From positions 128,001 to 192,000 of the forward strand of contig CAWDML010000002.1 of the NCBI GenBank assembly GCA_963803435.1: 64,000 nucleotides of DNA, written 5' to 3'. How positions within the stretch are numbered: the stretch's first letter is position 1; the number at the start of each line of letters is the position of its first letter. This document shows positions 21,260-31,160 of the stretch, in pieces. The stretch is from an uncultured delta proteobacterium. Its GTDB lineage: Bacteria; Myxococcota; Kuafuiibacteriia; Kuafuiibacteriales; Kuafuiibacteriaceae. The notes under the pieces are model-generated. The model did not search any database and was not told the DNA's origin. It was given only the letters and a program-made list of their open reading frames with translations. Position numbers and translations under genes: made by a program.

Positions 21260-22876
21260 TCAGCGAACCTTCCAGCGATTTCCCTGGACCATGTCCACGA
21301 TGAAGCGCTGCCAAGGACCGATGCCCGTCGAGTAGTTCCACAGCTGATAGCTGAAGCCCGGGTAGTACGGGATGCCGGTGAGGTAGTCGGCGTTGCTCGC
21401 CCGCAGCGCGATCGGGTCGCCGTGTGCGATGCCGCTGCCCGGGCTGCCGCCGAGCTTGACGATCGTGTACTTGGAGCACGCCGACGTATAGTCCGCGTTC
21501 ATCTGTACGTGACCGGTTCCGCTGGTGCACGTCGACAGAAAGTGTCCGGAGCGGAGCGTCTCGAGGCTGATCAGGTCGCCGTCGCGGAGCTCCCCGCGGT
21601 TGTGGTCGAGGATCCAGAACGCCTGGTCTTCGTCGTCCGACTGCGGCGCGTTGACGTAGCCCTTTCCGTCGGCTCCGACCTCGAGGAAGCGACCCGTCGA
21701 TTCAGCGCGCAGTCGAATCACGTGGTCGCGACGCGGCGCCTCCACGGTGAAGGTCTCCCAGATGGAGGCCGACGTCCGGTTGGCGTTGACGGCGCCGCCG
21801 CCGCCGCCCTCAGCGACCACATAGCGGCTGTCGTAGGCGCGGAGCTGGATCTGCGAGCCCGCATCGATCTCGCCGCCGCCGACCTTGATGACCGTGAACG
21901 CGGAGCTGGACAGCGGTGAAGCGTTGAGCGCGTCGACGCCGCCGCCGCTGGCCCGGAGGAAATGACCCTCGGAGGTCTTGATGTAGACGAGGTCTCCGGA
22001 CATGAGGCGACCGCGATTGATGTCGATGAAGAAGACCGTCTCCCACGAACCATGTCCGTAGCCGACGGCGTCGACGCCCGCGCCGCCCGCGCTCACCGGG
22101 CGGACGAACCGGCCGTTGTACGTGCGGAGCGCGAATCGGTGCTCCAGGTCGCTGACCACGGTGCACGCGCTGGTGGCCGGCCAGGACGAGACGAGGCGGA
22201 GCTCGTCCGTGTCCTGCGCGTCGAACCCCGAGCACGCATTGTAGGAGGCGTCAATCACGTCGTACACGCACTTGCCATAGATGTACGGGACGCTGTCGGT
22301 TCCGCCCGAGTAGCCGGCCGGGCAGCCGCTGTCCGGGTGCTTGTAGTCGTGCGTGTGCATGAACTCGTGCACGATGTCCGAGGCGCGCCAGTCGAGCGGC
22401 TGCACGCCGGAGTACCACGACCAGTCCGGGAAGCTCTCGCTCCAGTCGTCGACGAGCTCGATGTACTTCGTCTCCTGCTCACCCCAACCTTGGTAGTACG
22501 CGGCCGCCGACGAGCCGTCGTTCACGGTGTAGGGACAGTGGTAGCCGACGTGGTTGTCCTTCCACAGCGCCTGCCAGGCGAGGGCGATCTGCGTGGCGCG
22601 CGACGACGTCGGAAACGGGTCCTGCCCGCAGCCCTCGTAGTTGGCGTTCATGCGCTGCGAGACGCACTGGGCGAACGCGTTGGAGTTCATCACGATGCGC
22701 GCCATCCGACTCGATTGGTCAATCAAACCCTCGGTGAACGGTGAGCACTCCGCCTGTCCTTCGTGCTTGCCGAGGAGATCGTCCTGGGCGACGCCGATGG
22801 CGTCATCGGGACCGCCGCACGCGGCGAGAGCCAAGGACACGAGGAGTGTGTTGGAGAGTTGGGCTTTGTTTCTCAT
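21260..22876 (-). CDS. Lipoprotein with HExxH zinc-peptidase-like domain and two fascin-like beta-trefoil domains
   Basis: Lipobox LAA-C; DIVHEFMHTHDYKH; fascin-type repeats (FALRTYNGRFV, YVVAEGGGGGAVNANRT.ASIWETF, IGPWQRF). Confidence 0.8.
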   Translation of the reverse strand: MRNKAQLSNTLLVSLALAACGGPDDAIGVAQDDLLGKHEGQAECSPFTEGLIDQSSRMARIVMNSNAFAQCVSQRMNANYEGCGQDPFPTSSRATQIALAWQALWKDNHVGYHCPYTVNDGSSAAAYYQGWGEQETKYIELVDDWSESFPDWSWYSGVQPLDWRASDIVHEFMHTHDYKHPDSGCPAGYSGGTDSVPYIYGKCVYDVIDASYNACSGFDAQDTDELRLVSSWPATSACTVVSDLEHRFALRTYNGRFVRPVSAGGAGVDAVGYGHGSWETVFFIDINRGRLMSGDLVYIKTSEGHFLRASGGGVDALNASPLSSSAFTVIKVGGGEIDAGSQIQLRAYDSRYVVAEGGGGGAVNANRTSASIWETFTVEAPRRDHVIRLRAESTGRFLEVGADGKGYVNAPQSDDEDQAFWILDHNRGELRDGDLISLETLRSGHFLSTCTSGTGHVQMNADYTSACSKYTIVKLGGSPGSGIAHGDPIALRASNADYLTGIPYYPGFSYQLWNYSTGIGPWQRFIVDMVQGNRWKVR

Positions 22877-22888
22877 GCGCCGCTCATG

Positions 22889-22905
22889 TGCAGCCGGCGG
22901 GCCAG
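22889..22905 (-). promoter_or_regulatory. Putative sigma54 (-24/-12) promoter
   Basis: CTGGCCCGCCGGCTGCA = GG-N10-GC, about 12 nt before the ATG at 22876; an enhancer-binding protein gene lies nearby. Confidence 0.6.
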
Positions 22906-22937
22906 TTCCCGGCGCGACACGAACCGGATCGTGGGAC

Positions 22938-23009
22938 ACGAACTGTGTACCGGTCGCCGGCCGGGCGCGGGACGGATGCACGAACTGTGTCGTGCTCGAA
23001 CTGTGTACG
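22938..23009. repeat. Three direct repeats of CGAACTGTGT (candidate enhancer/UAS sites)
   Basis: Copies start at 22939, 22981 and 22997. Confidence 0.7.
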
Positions 23010-23107
23010 ACCCGCGGTTAGGAGCGTGTAGCGCGTAAGCGCTCACGCGACCCCGGTCCGGGTCCCGGTCCCGGTCCGGGTCCCGATCTGAAGATGGCTG
23101 CCTTGAG

Positions 23108-23940
23108 TCAGACGCTCGCGACGGTCGCGAGCTTCGATCGGTAGAGCTTGAGCAGGTTGTGGGTGAGGCAGACGAGCGTCCCTCGGCTCGTACCTTGAAG
23201 AAGGAGCGTTGCGAGAACCGGCGGAATCCTCGTGCCCCTTTGATCTGTCCGAGCGCCGGTTCGACGATACTCTTCCTGCGGGGGTAGACCGCCTTGCCGT
23301 CGCGCGTTTGCAACTTGTCTCGCATTCGCTTGCGAGCGAGCGTTGCTGATCAGGTGCCTGGTTGCTGACCCCTTCGGCGACAATCACCTGAGCGTGCTCA
23401 TCTACGACAACTTGGGCATTGTAGGCCTGGAGGTACGCTCCATCCTTCAACACGATCCTGCTGTCTGAGTCGGTGAAGTTCCTCTGAGCGTGGGGCCTCG
23501 GTGTGCCGTCCACATTTGCAGGAACGCGATGATGCGGCCATCCATCATTTCGTTCAGTTGGGTCTGGGGATGGTTCGAGCTGGTCAGCCTGCGCTCTTGC
23601 CTTCTCGGCTCGAGTTCTCGCTCGCTTCTGCTCCACCCGATCCACAAGAGCATCATCCGCTTTGCTCTGCTGCTCTTCGGCTTGCCTGCGCAATTTCTCC
23701 GCGCGAGCCCTGGCGGCATCCTGTTCCAGCGCAGCCTTCGCTTCTCGAATGCGGGCAAGGCGGGATTCACGGCGAGCGAGCTCCGCTGGGATGTCCTCTT
23801 CAGTCTCTTCAACGCCCAGCCGCTTCATCGACGACGTCCACGACGAAGTACGCGAGATGATTTTCTGGGAGCCACTCGAGAGGGGACGGCGGGAGCAAGA
23901 ACGATTGTCTCGGAGTCCAAGAACGGTATTGCTTCGCCAC
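23108..23940 (-). pseudogene. IS1182-family transposase remnant (internal deletions, frameshifts)
   Basis: Fragments in different frames: QSFLLPPSPLEWLPENHLAYFVVDVVD; QRNFTDSDSRI..YLQAYNAQ; RRKSIVEPALGQIK.ARGFRRF; LVCLTHNLLKL. Confidence 0.88.
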
Positions 23941-24059
23941 GAAACCATGGGATCAAGTCCGGGCGTCGAAGTCGATCCGCCCAACGATCGATTCCAGACG
24001 AAACGACCTCCAAGAACTTCTGCTGGTCAAAGTGGACGAGCTACCGCAAGCTAGCTTGC

Positions 24060-24428
24060 ATGGTCACTTTCGATCACGAGAAGCTCGAGGTCTACCAGCT
24101 CGCCGTCGAGTATGCCGACATCGCTGAAGAGATCGCACAAGAACTGCAACCCGGTCACGCTCACGTCCGCGATCAGCTTCGGCGGGCATCCGATTCCATC
24201 GTGAACAACACCGCCGAGGGCGCCGGAGAGTTCAATCCACCTGAGAGGGCTCGCTTCTACCGGATGGCACTTCGCTCTGGCACCGAAAGCGCCGCCTCAC
24301 TCCACACCTGCTTGAGGCGCCGACTCACCAACGAGCAGAAGGTCCAAGCCGCCAGAGCCAAGCTCAAGCGCGTTGTCGAGAGGCTCACGCGCCTCATCAA
24401 GTCGATGAACGCACGCCGGGCTGCATGA
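24060..24428 (+). CDS. Four-helix-bundle protein (23S rRNA IVS protein / Avd-like family)
   Basis: FDHEKLEVYQLA...DQLRRASDSIVNNTAEGAG...RFYRMALRSGTE. Confidence 0.92.
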   Translation: MVTFDHEKLEVYQLAVEYADIAEEIAQELQPGHAHVRDQLRRASDSIVNNTAEGAGEFNPPERARFYRMALRSGTESAASLHTCLRRRLTNEQKVQAARAKLKRVVERLTRLIKSMNARRAA

Positions 24429-24498
24429 TCGCCATCGGGACCGGGACCGGGACCGGGACCCGGACCGGGCTCGCGGTAGCGCTACGCGCTACACGCTC

Positions 24499-26236
24499 CT
24501 AGCGCTTGCGGGGACGCGGAAGGCCGTATTTGACGATGCGTTTGACGAGCGTGCGTCGCGACACCCCGAGGTGCCGGGCCGCGTGGGTCTGGTTCCCGTT
24601 GCAGGCTTCCAGCGCTTCGATCGCTCGCTGGCGCTCGTCGAGCTCCTCTTCGCTCAACCCCGCTGGGACCTCGCTCGCAGGGAGGCGGAACGAGATCGGC
24701 GCAGGGGTTTGAACCGGCGGTGGGAGCCAGGTCGCGCTCATCTTCTCGAGCGGGAGGTGGTGCGGGCGGATCTCGTCGTCCGCCAGCAGCACGGCGCGCT
24801 CGATCACGTTGCGCAGCTCCCGGATGTTCCCGGGCCAGTCGTAGCAGAGGAGCAGCTCGAGCGCCTCGGCCGTGAGGATCGGTGCGCCCTCGTCGCCGTT
24901 CTCCCGGGCGGCGTCGAGGATGAATCGGTGCGCGAGCGGCTCGATCTCTTCGCGTCGCTCCCGGAGCGGCGGGATGCGGAGCGCGGCGCCGTTCAGTCGA
25001 AAGAACAGAATCCTTCCGAAACGTGCCCTTCACGATCTCCTCCTCGAGATCACGGTTGGTGGCGGCGACGAAGCGTACGTCGACCGGTCGCGCTTCCAGC
25101 CCTCCCACGCGCAGCACCTCGCGCTGTTCGAGCACCCGCAGCAGCTTCACCTGCGTCGACGGGTGAAGCTCCCCGACTTCGTCGAGGAAGATCGTCCCGC
25201 CGTCGGCCATCTCGAGGAGCCCGGGTTTGGCGACGTCGGCGCCGGTGAATGCGCCCTTCTCGTGCCCGAACAGCTCGTTCTCGAGCAGGTTCTCGTTGAG
25301 CGCGCCGCAGTTGAGACGAACGTACGGCTGGGCGGCCCTCGGAGAGCTCCGGTGGATCGCCGCCGCCACCACCTCCTTGCCGACGCCCGTCTCGCCGAGC
25401 ACGAGCACGCAGATCCGTCCGTTGGCCACGCGCTCCGCCACCCGGATCAGATCGCGCATCGCGTCCGACCGGATGATCGGGGCGTCGTCCTCGGGGACGT
25501 CGCCGCGCGCTTGTCGCTGCGCCTCCCAGAGCAACGCCTGGGCGGTCCGCGCATCGGCCGGGAAGCGGGCGTGCCCGGTCCTGAGCGGCCCGGCCGTGGT
25601 CCCGATCGCTGCCAGGAGCGCGTCGACGAACTGCTCGAGCCGCTGCTGGCTCACATTCGCGAGCAGGAGCTCGTAGTGCCCGTCGGCGTAGCGCGCGACG
25701 AGGTCGATCGTCAGGGTAGGGGCCCGCAGACACCGTTCGATCGCGCGGGCATCCTCGACCCGCTCGGCGCGAACCACGACCACGGCGAAGCTGCTCGCCG
25801 CCGATGCGTTGCGGCACTCTTCCTCGAGCCGAGCCTCGAAGTGCGCGTGGGAGCGCAGTCTCGTGGGCGGGCGCTCAATAGACGTCGCTTGCACCACCAG
25901 CATCGTCGAACCGATCTCCACGATCTGTCCCGGCGTCAGATCGCGCCGCGTGCCGGGCTCCAGGGCCACGCCGCTCACCGAGGTCCCGTTCGCACCGCCG
26001 AGGTCCTCGATACCCAACGCCGGCGGACCGTGGAGCACCGCGTGGAACCGGGAGATCTGGGGCTCCGGGATGCAGAGGTCGTTCTCTTTGGAACGCCCGA
26101 TCGTCAGCTTCCCGTCGATAGGGAGCTGGTGGCGCTCGATGGGCCCGTCGCGAATGATGGTGACCTCGTACCGTTCGTCACCGGCGCGCTCGTGCGGCAG
26201 CGCATCGATGGTCGTCTTGACGTGGACGTCGATCAC
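24499..26236 (-). CDS. FHA-domain sigma54-dependent enhancer-binding protein; +1 frameshift at ~25010
   Basis: FHA (IGRS..ISRFHA..NGT), degenerate GGDEF-like linker, GETGVGKE, GAFTGA, LDEVGE, F-R-K-D-L-F-F-R-L after correction, WPGNIREL, Fis HTH (NQTHAARHLGVSRRTL). Confidence 0.93.
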
Positions 26237-26248
26237 GGTCGCTTCAGG

Positions 26249-27130
26249 CTACCAACGGATGACCGCCGGTGCATCGTCCAAGTCGTCGATCCACAGGAAG
26301 ACCGCGACCACACCCAAGGCGACGCCGAGGCCGCCCGCGGTCCACCCCGCGATGGTGGCGCGGTCCGCCCGGCGGTCTGCTGCGAGCGTCTCGTCCCGCG
26401 CCTGGAGCCGCACCGCGTTGGAGAGCGTCTCGTCGTTCGCCCGGGAGAAGGATTGGTCCGCGCTCGCCAGCTCCGCCCGGCCGACGCCCAGCGCCGCCAC
26501 ACCACCGACCACGAGCGTCGCTGCGCCAATCGTGGTGGCCCAGATCCAGGTTCGATCGACCGGCGGTGGCGCGGGCGAAACCTCCGCGAGGGTGGCGCCG
26601 CGCCGCGGGATGACCAGCGAGGTCGCGCTCCGCGGGAAGACCTCCACCTCGTGCCTGGTGGTGGAGCCGTCGGGCTGCGTCGCGACGACCACATATCGAC
26701 CGGCGTCGAGCACGAGCGCTTCCGTGCACGGCTGTTCCGGACCGTCGCCCACCCGAAGACGTGCGTAGGGCCACTCGCAGCGCACCTCGATGCGTCCGCG
26801 CAACGTGACTTGGAGCTCCTCAATCTTGCGGGCGACGCGCTCGCGCAGCGCCTCTGGGAGCGGCAGCGCGCCGGCCCGGCGGAATCCTTCGAGCGACTCG
26901 GCGTAGCGCTCCAGCTTCTCGAGGCACGACGCGATCAGGAACGTCGCGACGCCGAGCTCTCCTCGTCGCTCCGGGAGATCCGAGAGCAGCGCGAACGACT
27001 GCTGGTAGAGCGCGAGCGCGCTCTGGTAGTCGCCTGCTTCGTACGCCGCGGCTGCCCGGTCTCCGATCGAGGTGATCTGCGCGGCCGGATCGACCTGCAT
27101 GACGAGCGCGAGGACGACCAGCGGGGTCAC
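26249..27130 (-). CDS. TPR plus PEGA-like membrane-anchored protein
   Basis: AYEAGDYQSALALYQQSF TPR; LDAGRYVVVA PEGA-like strand; two C-terminal TM helices. Confidence 0.8.
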   Translation of the reverse strand: MTPLVVLALVMQVDPAAQITSIGDRAAAAYEAGDYQSALALYQQSFALLSDLPERRGELGVATFLIASCLEKLERYAESLEGFRRAGALPLPEALRERVARKIEELQVTLRGRIEVRCEWPYARLRVGDGPEQPCTEALVLDAGRYVVVATQPDGSTTRHEVEVFPRSATSLVIPRRGATLAEVSPAPPPVDRTWIWATTIGAATLVVGGVAALGVGRAELASADQSFSRANDETLSNAVRLQARDETLAADRRADRATIAGWTAGGLGVALGVVAVFLWIDDLDDAPAVIRW

Positions 27131-28509
27131 GGGTCCAGCTCCGGAATGCGCAAGAGCGGACGAACGCCTGCGTCTGCGGGTGGGACGGAGCGCGGGCCGG
27201 CGGCGCGCAGGGGCCGGCGACGAACCCCTGCGTCGGAGCTGGTGACGAGCTCTGGCTTGCTGACCGCCACCGGGCGCGGTCGGGCGGTGGGCGCCCCCTC
27301 CGCGCGAGGGCCGTCGGTGGTCCGCGCCGGCACGGGTCGCGGACGCACGCGCTCGAACCACAGGCGTGCGACCACCACCACCAGCGACAGCACGACCGCG
27401 ATCGCCACGACACCGATGATCGAGACCCGGCGCGGCGGTGGCAGCGGGGCGGGCGCATGGACGGTCGCGGGCTTGGTCACCGTCGCGCCGGGTGGAGCGT
27501 CGAGGGGCCGCGGCAAGACGGCCGTGTAGTCGGCTTCGTCCGCCGCCACGGTGGGCGCGGCGGCCTTCGGGGTCGCGACGCCGGTGGCGCGGGCGTGCGG
27601 GACACCGTCGAGGAGGGTGAGGACGTCGGCGGCGCTGTCGGGACGTTCGAGCTTGCTCTTGGCGAGCAGTCGTCCGACGAGCGCGCGAAGCTCCGCAGGT
27701 GCCGCTGCCGGGAGGTCGCCGGGCGCGTCCCGGAGATGGCGGCGCATCACCTCGACCGGGCTGCCGCGACCGAACGGCGGGGCGCCACCCAGCATGGCGA
27801 AGACGACGCAGCCGAGCGCGTACAAATCCGCGCGCGGGTCGAGCGTGCCTCCCGAGATCCCCTCCGGCGCCATGTAGGCGGGCGTACCGAGGGCCTGCCC
27901 GGGCGCCGTGAGGGGCGGGGCCGCCTCCGACTCCTCGAGCTTCGCGTGCCCGACGTCGATCAACACGGCGCGACCATCGACGTCGAAGGCCACGTTCGAA
28001 GGCTTCAGGTCCCGATGAACGACGCCCCGGGCATGGAGCGCGCTCAGGCCTCGCGCCAGGTCGCGGGCGATGGCCACGGTGGTCGGGACGTCGAGCGGGC
28101 CGGATTGGATCCGTTGCTCGAGCGTCCCGCCGGGCAGGTGCTCGAGGAGCAGATAGACGCGCTCCGACCCGGGCTCCACGGCGAGCGCGCGGGCCGAGAC
28201 GACGTGGGGATCGTCGATGGCGAGGAGGGTGCAGGCCTCCTGAAAGAACCGCGCCCACGCGACCTCGCGGTCGGCGGTGTCGATGCGCGGGGTCTTCAGG
28301 ACGACCCGCGCTCCCCGCCCGAGCTCGGTGGCCACGAACACGTTGGCGCTGAGCGCGACCTCGACGCGAAGGTGATGGTCGATGACGGACCCGACGGTCA
28401 CGGGGCCCGGATCGACGTCGATCCTCACCGTGGGGACGTCGTGCCGAGCGCAGCGATCGGCCGGCATCGACGATCGGCAGAGCGGACAGTAGCGCGCCCC
28501 GGCTACCAT
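27127..28509 (-). CDS. Membrane-anchored Ser/Thr protein kinase (atypical)
   Basis: N-terminal CxxC..C..H; VVLK, HRDLKPSN, DVG, GTPAYMAPE, DLYALG; one TM helix. Confidence 0.9.
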   Translation of the reverse strand: MVAGARYCPLCRSSMPADRCARHDVPTVRIDVDPGPVTVGSVIDHHLRVEVALSANVFVATELGRGARVVLKTPRIDTADREVAWARFFQEACTLLAIDDPHVVSARALAVEPGSERVYLLLEHLPGGTLEQRIQSGPLDVPTTVAIARDLARGLSALHARGVVHRDLKPSNVAFDVDGRAVLIDVGHAKLEESEAAPPLTAPGQALGTPAYMAPEGISGGTLDPRADLYALGCVVFAMLGGAPPFGRGSPVEVMRRHLRDAPGDLPAAAPAELRALVGRLLAKSKLERPDSAADVLTLLDGVPHARATGVATPKAAAPTVAADEADYTAVLPRPLDAPPGATVTKPATVHAPAPLPPPRRVSIIGVVAIAVVLSLVVVVARLWFERVRPRPVPARTTDGPRAEGAPTARPRPVAVSKPELVTSSDAGVRRRPLRAAGPRSVPPADAGVRPLLRIPELDP

Positions 28510-30434
28510 GGAAGCGGTACCCGCGCCGGTACGAAGGTCGTGGGGCGCACGCCGTCCACCTGTCCGAAGTTGTCGTAGCCCCAGCACCACACCTCGCCTG
28601 CGGTGCTGAGCGCGCAGCTGTGGAGGCGGCCTGCGATCGCGGCGCGTGCGCTCGGCGCGCCCGCGACCTCGGTCGGCGTGAGCGTGTCGTGCTCATCGGG
28701 CCGGCCGGTCACGCGTCCCATGCCCTTCGGGCCCCAGCAGACGAGCCTGTCACTGTCGGCTCGAATCGCGCACGTGTGCCAGGCGTGGCTGCGGATCTTG
28801 GAGGCCTCCAGCCCGAGGACTCTCTGGGGAGGCGAGCGCTCGCTCGTCGTCGAGACGCCGAGCGCGCCCCCGACGTTCGTCCCCCAGCAATACACCGCGC
28901 CGCCCTCGCCAATCGCGCAGTTGTGCCGATAGCCGGTCTCGATGTCGGCGATGGGCTCAGGCAGAGCGACCGGCGTCAGCTCGTAGCTCGCATCGTCGGG
29001 GATGCCGTTGATGACGCCGTCCACGTTCTTGCCCCAGCAGGCGACATTGCCGCTCTGCAGCACGCACGTATGCTCGGAGCTCGTCGAGATGCAATCGACG
29101 CTCGAGGTCTCCACTTCGGGCCGTCCCGTCGCGGAGTAACCGCGACATCGCGATCGCCTCTCGGGGCCCTCGGTCCAGCACGTCCGCGCCCAGCCCGTGG
29201 AGAAGTCCACCACGTCGCTCGCGACGAGCTGCGGGGTGACGATCCGCGGCTCACCGGCTCCGATCTGCCCGAAGCTGTTGTCGCCCCAGCACCACAGCCG
29301 CCGCTGGGCGTCGCGGGCGCAGGCGTGGGCGCCGCCGACGTCGAGCGCTTCGATGTCGGCGAGGAGCGGGGGCCCGCGCGTCTCGTAGGGGTCTTCGACG
29401 CCGAGCTCCGCGCTGAGGTTTCGGCCGAAGCAGCGGACGGTTCCATCGCCGAGGAGCGCGCAGGTCTGACCGCCGCCGGCCCCCACCTCGATCGCACCGG
29501 TGATCCCGGTGGCCACCGGCGCGCGATAGAGGCCGTCCTCCGTGCCGAGCGCTCCCAGGTGCGCCCAACCCCAGCAGCGCACCTCGCCGTCGTCGTCCAC
29601 GCCGCAGGCCGCGTGCGCCGTCAAGGCCAGCTCGGCGAACGGCGGCGCATCGATGGGGGTCGGGTCGAACGGCGTGTCCTCGCCGAGCTCGATCCAGTGG
29701 CCACGGCAGGAGAGCTCACGCGTGCCGGTGGTAAAGCAGTACCAGTGGCCGCGCGCCCAGACGCGCCGCGCGTCGTCCACGCCGTCGAGATACTGTGTGG
29801 CGTTGGTGGAGTCCACGCGTGCGAGCCGGCCGTCGTCGAGGACGATCAGCACCGCGTCGAGCTCCGCGGCGATGTCGACGGCGCCGCGCAGGTCCGGATC
29901 GTCACGACCGTCGCAACCGACCGTGCCGTCGGCGTATCGGACGCAGGTGAAGTGGGCGCCCGTGACCATCTGAACGATGTCGCCGGCCAGGGTCGTGTCG
30001 ATCGCTTCGGTCGCGGCGTCCAGCGGGAGGCACGCGACCCGCCCCGAGCTGGACCACAGACAGGTGCGGCCCTCCTCGGGAGACACGCCGCGAAAGCTGC
30101 CGGACGCGAGCTGATACGGCGCTCGGGTGTCCGACCAACACCACACGCCGTCGTCGGCGACGCCACAGTGATGGTACAGACCACCGGCGTCGCTCCGGAT
30201 GGGTGGGAGCCCCTCGATCTCGTGCGGTCGCGCGGGGAGGTCCGACCCGTCCAGGCGCGCGATGTCCTTGCCCCAGCAGAGCATGCGGCCGTCACGTCGC
30301 GCGCAGACATGTCGGAAGCCGGAGGCGATGCTGGTCTCGGCGCGAGTGTCCGCCAGCGGCGTGAAGGTTCGGTCCGGAGAGAGGCAGCCGGCGAGGAGCA
30401 GGGGGAGCGCCAGCCGTCCCACGCCGCGGGCCAT
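28503..30434 (-). CDS. RCC1-repeat lipoprotein
   Basis: Lipobox LAG-C; many H.CA....G.V.CWG.N..GQ repeats. Confidence 0.9.
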   Translation of the reverse strand: MARGVGRLALPLLLAGCLSPDRTFTPLADTRAETSIASGFRHVCARRDGRMLCWGKDIARLDGSDLPARPHEIEGLPPIRSDAGGLYHHCGVADDGVWCWSDTRAPYQLASGSFRGVSPEEGRTCLWSSSGRVACLPLDAATEAIDTTLAGDIVQMVTGAHFTCVRYADGTVGCDGRDDPDLRGAVDIAAELDAVLIVLDDGRLARVDSTNATQYLDGVDDARRVWARGHWYCFTTGTRELSCRGHWIELGEDTPFDPTPIDAPPFAELALTAHAACGVDDDGEVRCWGWAHLGALGTEDGLYRAPVATGITGAIEVGAGGGQTCALLGDGTVRCFGRNLSAELGVEDPYETRGPPLLADIEALDVGGAHACARDAQRRLWCWGDNSFGQIGAGEPRIVTPQLVASDVVDFSTGWARTCWTEGPERRSRCRGYSATGRPEVETSSVDCISTSSEHTCVLQSGNVACWGKNVDGVINGIPDDASYELTPVALPEPIADIETGYRHNCAIGEGGAVYCWGTNVGGALGVSTTSERSPPQRVLGLEASKIRSHAWHTCAIRADSDRLVCWGPKGMGRVTGRPDEHDTLTPTEVAGAPSARAAIAGRLHSCALSTAGEVWCWGYDNFGQVDGVRPTTFVPARVPLPW

Positions 30435-30627
30435 GGTGCACATTAGCACCCGCTGCGGGCCGTCGCGAAACCCGGCACACCAGCGCTCCGGGCGGGTCGG
30501 GCCGCCGGATGGGCTCACGAAAGCCGGGCCTGCAGGCTATCCTGCAGTCGGACGCGCCTTCGTGTGAGCGTCGCCTTGACAGGGACCTGGGTATTCAGAT
30601 CATGAACGACTTCGTGGAGCCCCGATT

Positions 30628-31107
30628 GTGACGAAAACGCCTCTCCGTCGCGCACGCAAATCCACCTCCAAGCCGCGGCCGAAGGCCAAGCCGCGCCAGG
30701 CTGTCCTCTCCGGCGGGAACCCGCGCATCGCGAAGGGAGACGGCGACGCGCCGGTGCAGGCGTACCTGGGCGCGATGCCGGGCTGGAAGCGCGACCTCGG
30801 GAGACGCCTCGATGCGCTCATCGAGCGGACCGTGCCCAACGTGTGCAAGGCCGTGAAGTGGAACTCGCCGTTGTACGGCGTCGAAGGCCAGGGTTGGTTT
30901 CTGGGGGTCCACGTCTTCAAGCGCTACCTCAAGGTGGCCTTCTTCCGAGGCACTTCGCTGCGACCGGTCCCGCCCGGCGCGAGCAAGAGCAAGGACACGC
31001 GCTATCTCGACCTCCACGAAGAGGACGAGCTCGACGAGGCGCAGATGGCGAGTTGGGTGAAGCAAGCGGCCGCGTTACCAGGCTGGTCACCCGGCCGAAC
31101 GTCCTGA
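30628..31107 (+). CDS. DUF1801 (YdhG-like) protein
   Basis: LSGGNPRIAKGDGDAPVQAY..AMPGWK...KAVKWNSPLYG. Confidence 0.85.
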   Translation: MTKTPLRRARKSTSKPRPKAKPRQAVLSGGNPRIAKGDGDAPVQAYLGAMPGWKRDLGRRLDALIERTVPNVCKAVKWNSPLYGVEGQGWFLGVHVFKRYLKVAFFRGTSLRPVPPGASKSKDTRYLDLHEEDELDEAQMASWVKQAAALPGWSPGRTS

Positions 31108-31160
31108 CGATCGGTCTTCCGGCCCAGCGCACCGCGGTTCAGAGTTCCAGGGGCTGCCCG

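Larger units (their letters stand above)
23021..24499. mobile_element. 1479-bp element with ~66-bp terminal inverted repeats and TA flanks; carries an IS1182-like remnant and a four-helix-bundle gene
   Basis: 23021-23087 is nearly identical to the reverse complement of 24434-24499 (GGAGCGTGTAGCGCGTA...(CCCGGT)n...CCCGAT); TA at 23019-20 and 24500-01; interior looks less GC-rich. Confidence 0.85.

Noticed and set aside
22917-23087. CRISPR-like array
   Set aside because: Repeats are only 6-13 bp, irregularly spaced, with no unique spacers of uniform length and no cas genes.
24060-24428. Diversity-generating retroelement (Avd-like gene)
   Set aside because: No reverse transcriptase and no TR/VR pair with adenine-specific mismatches seen in the window.
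30440-30600. Structured RNA or riboswitch between the RCC1 and DUF1801 genes
   Set aside because: Only short hairpins (e.g. CTGCAGG-CTAT-CCTGCAG), expected by chance at this GC content, and no known aptamer motif.
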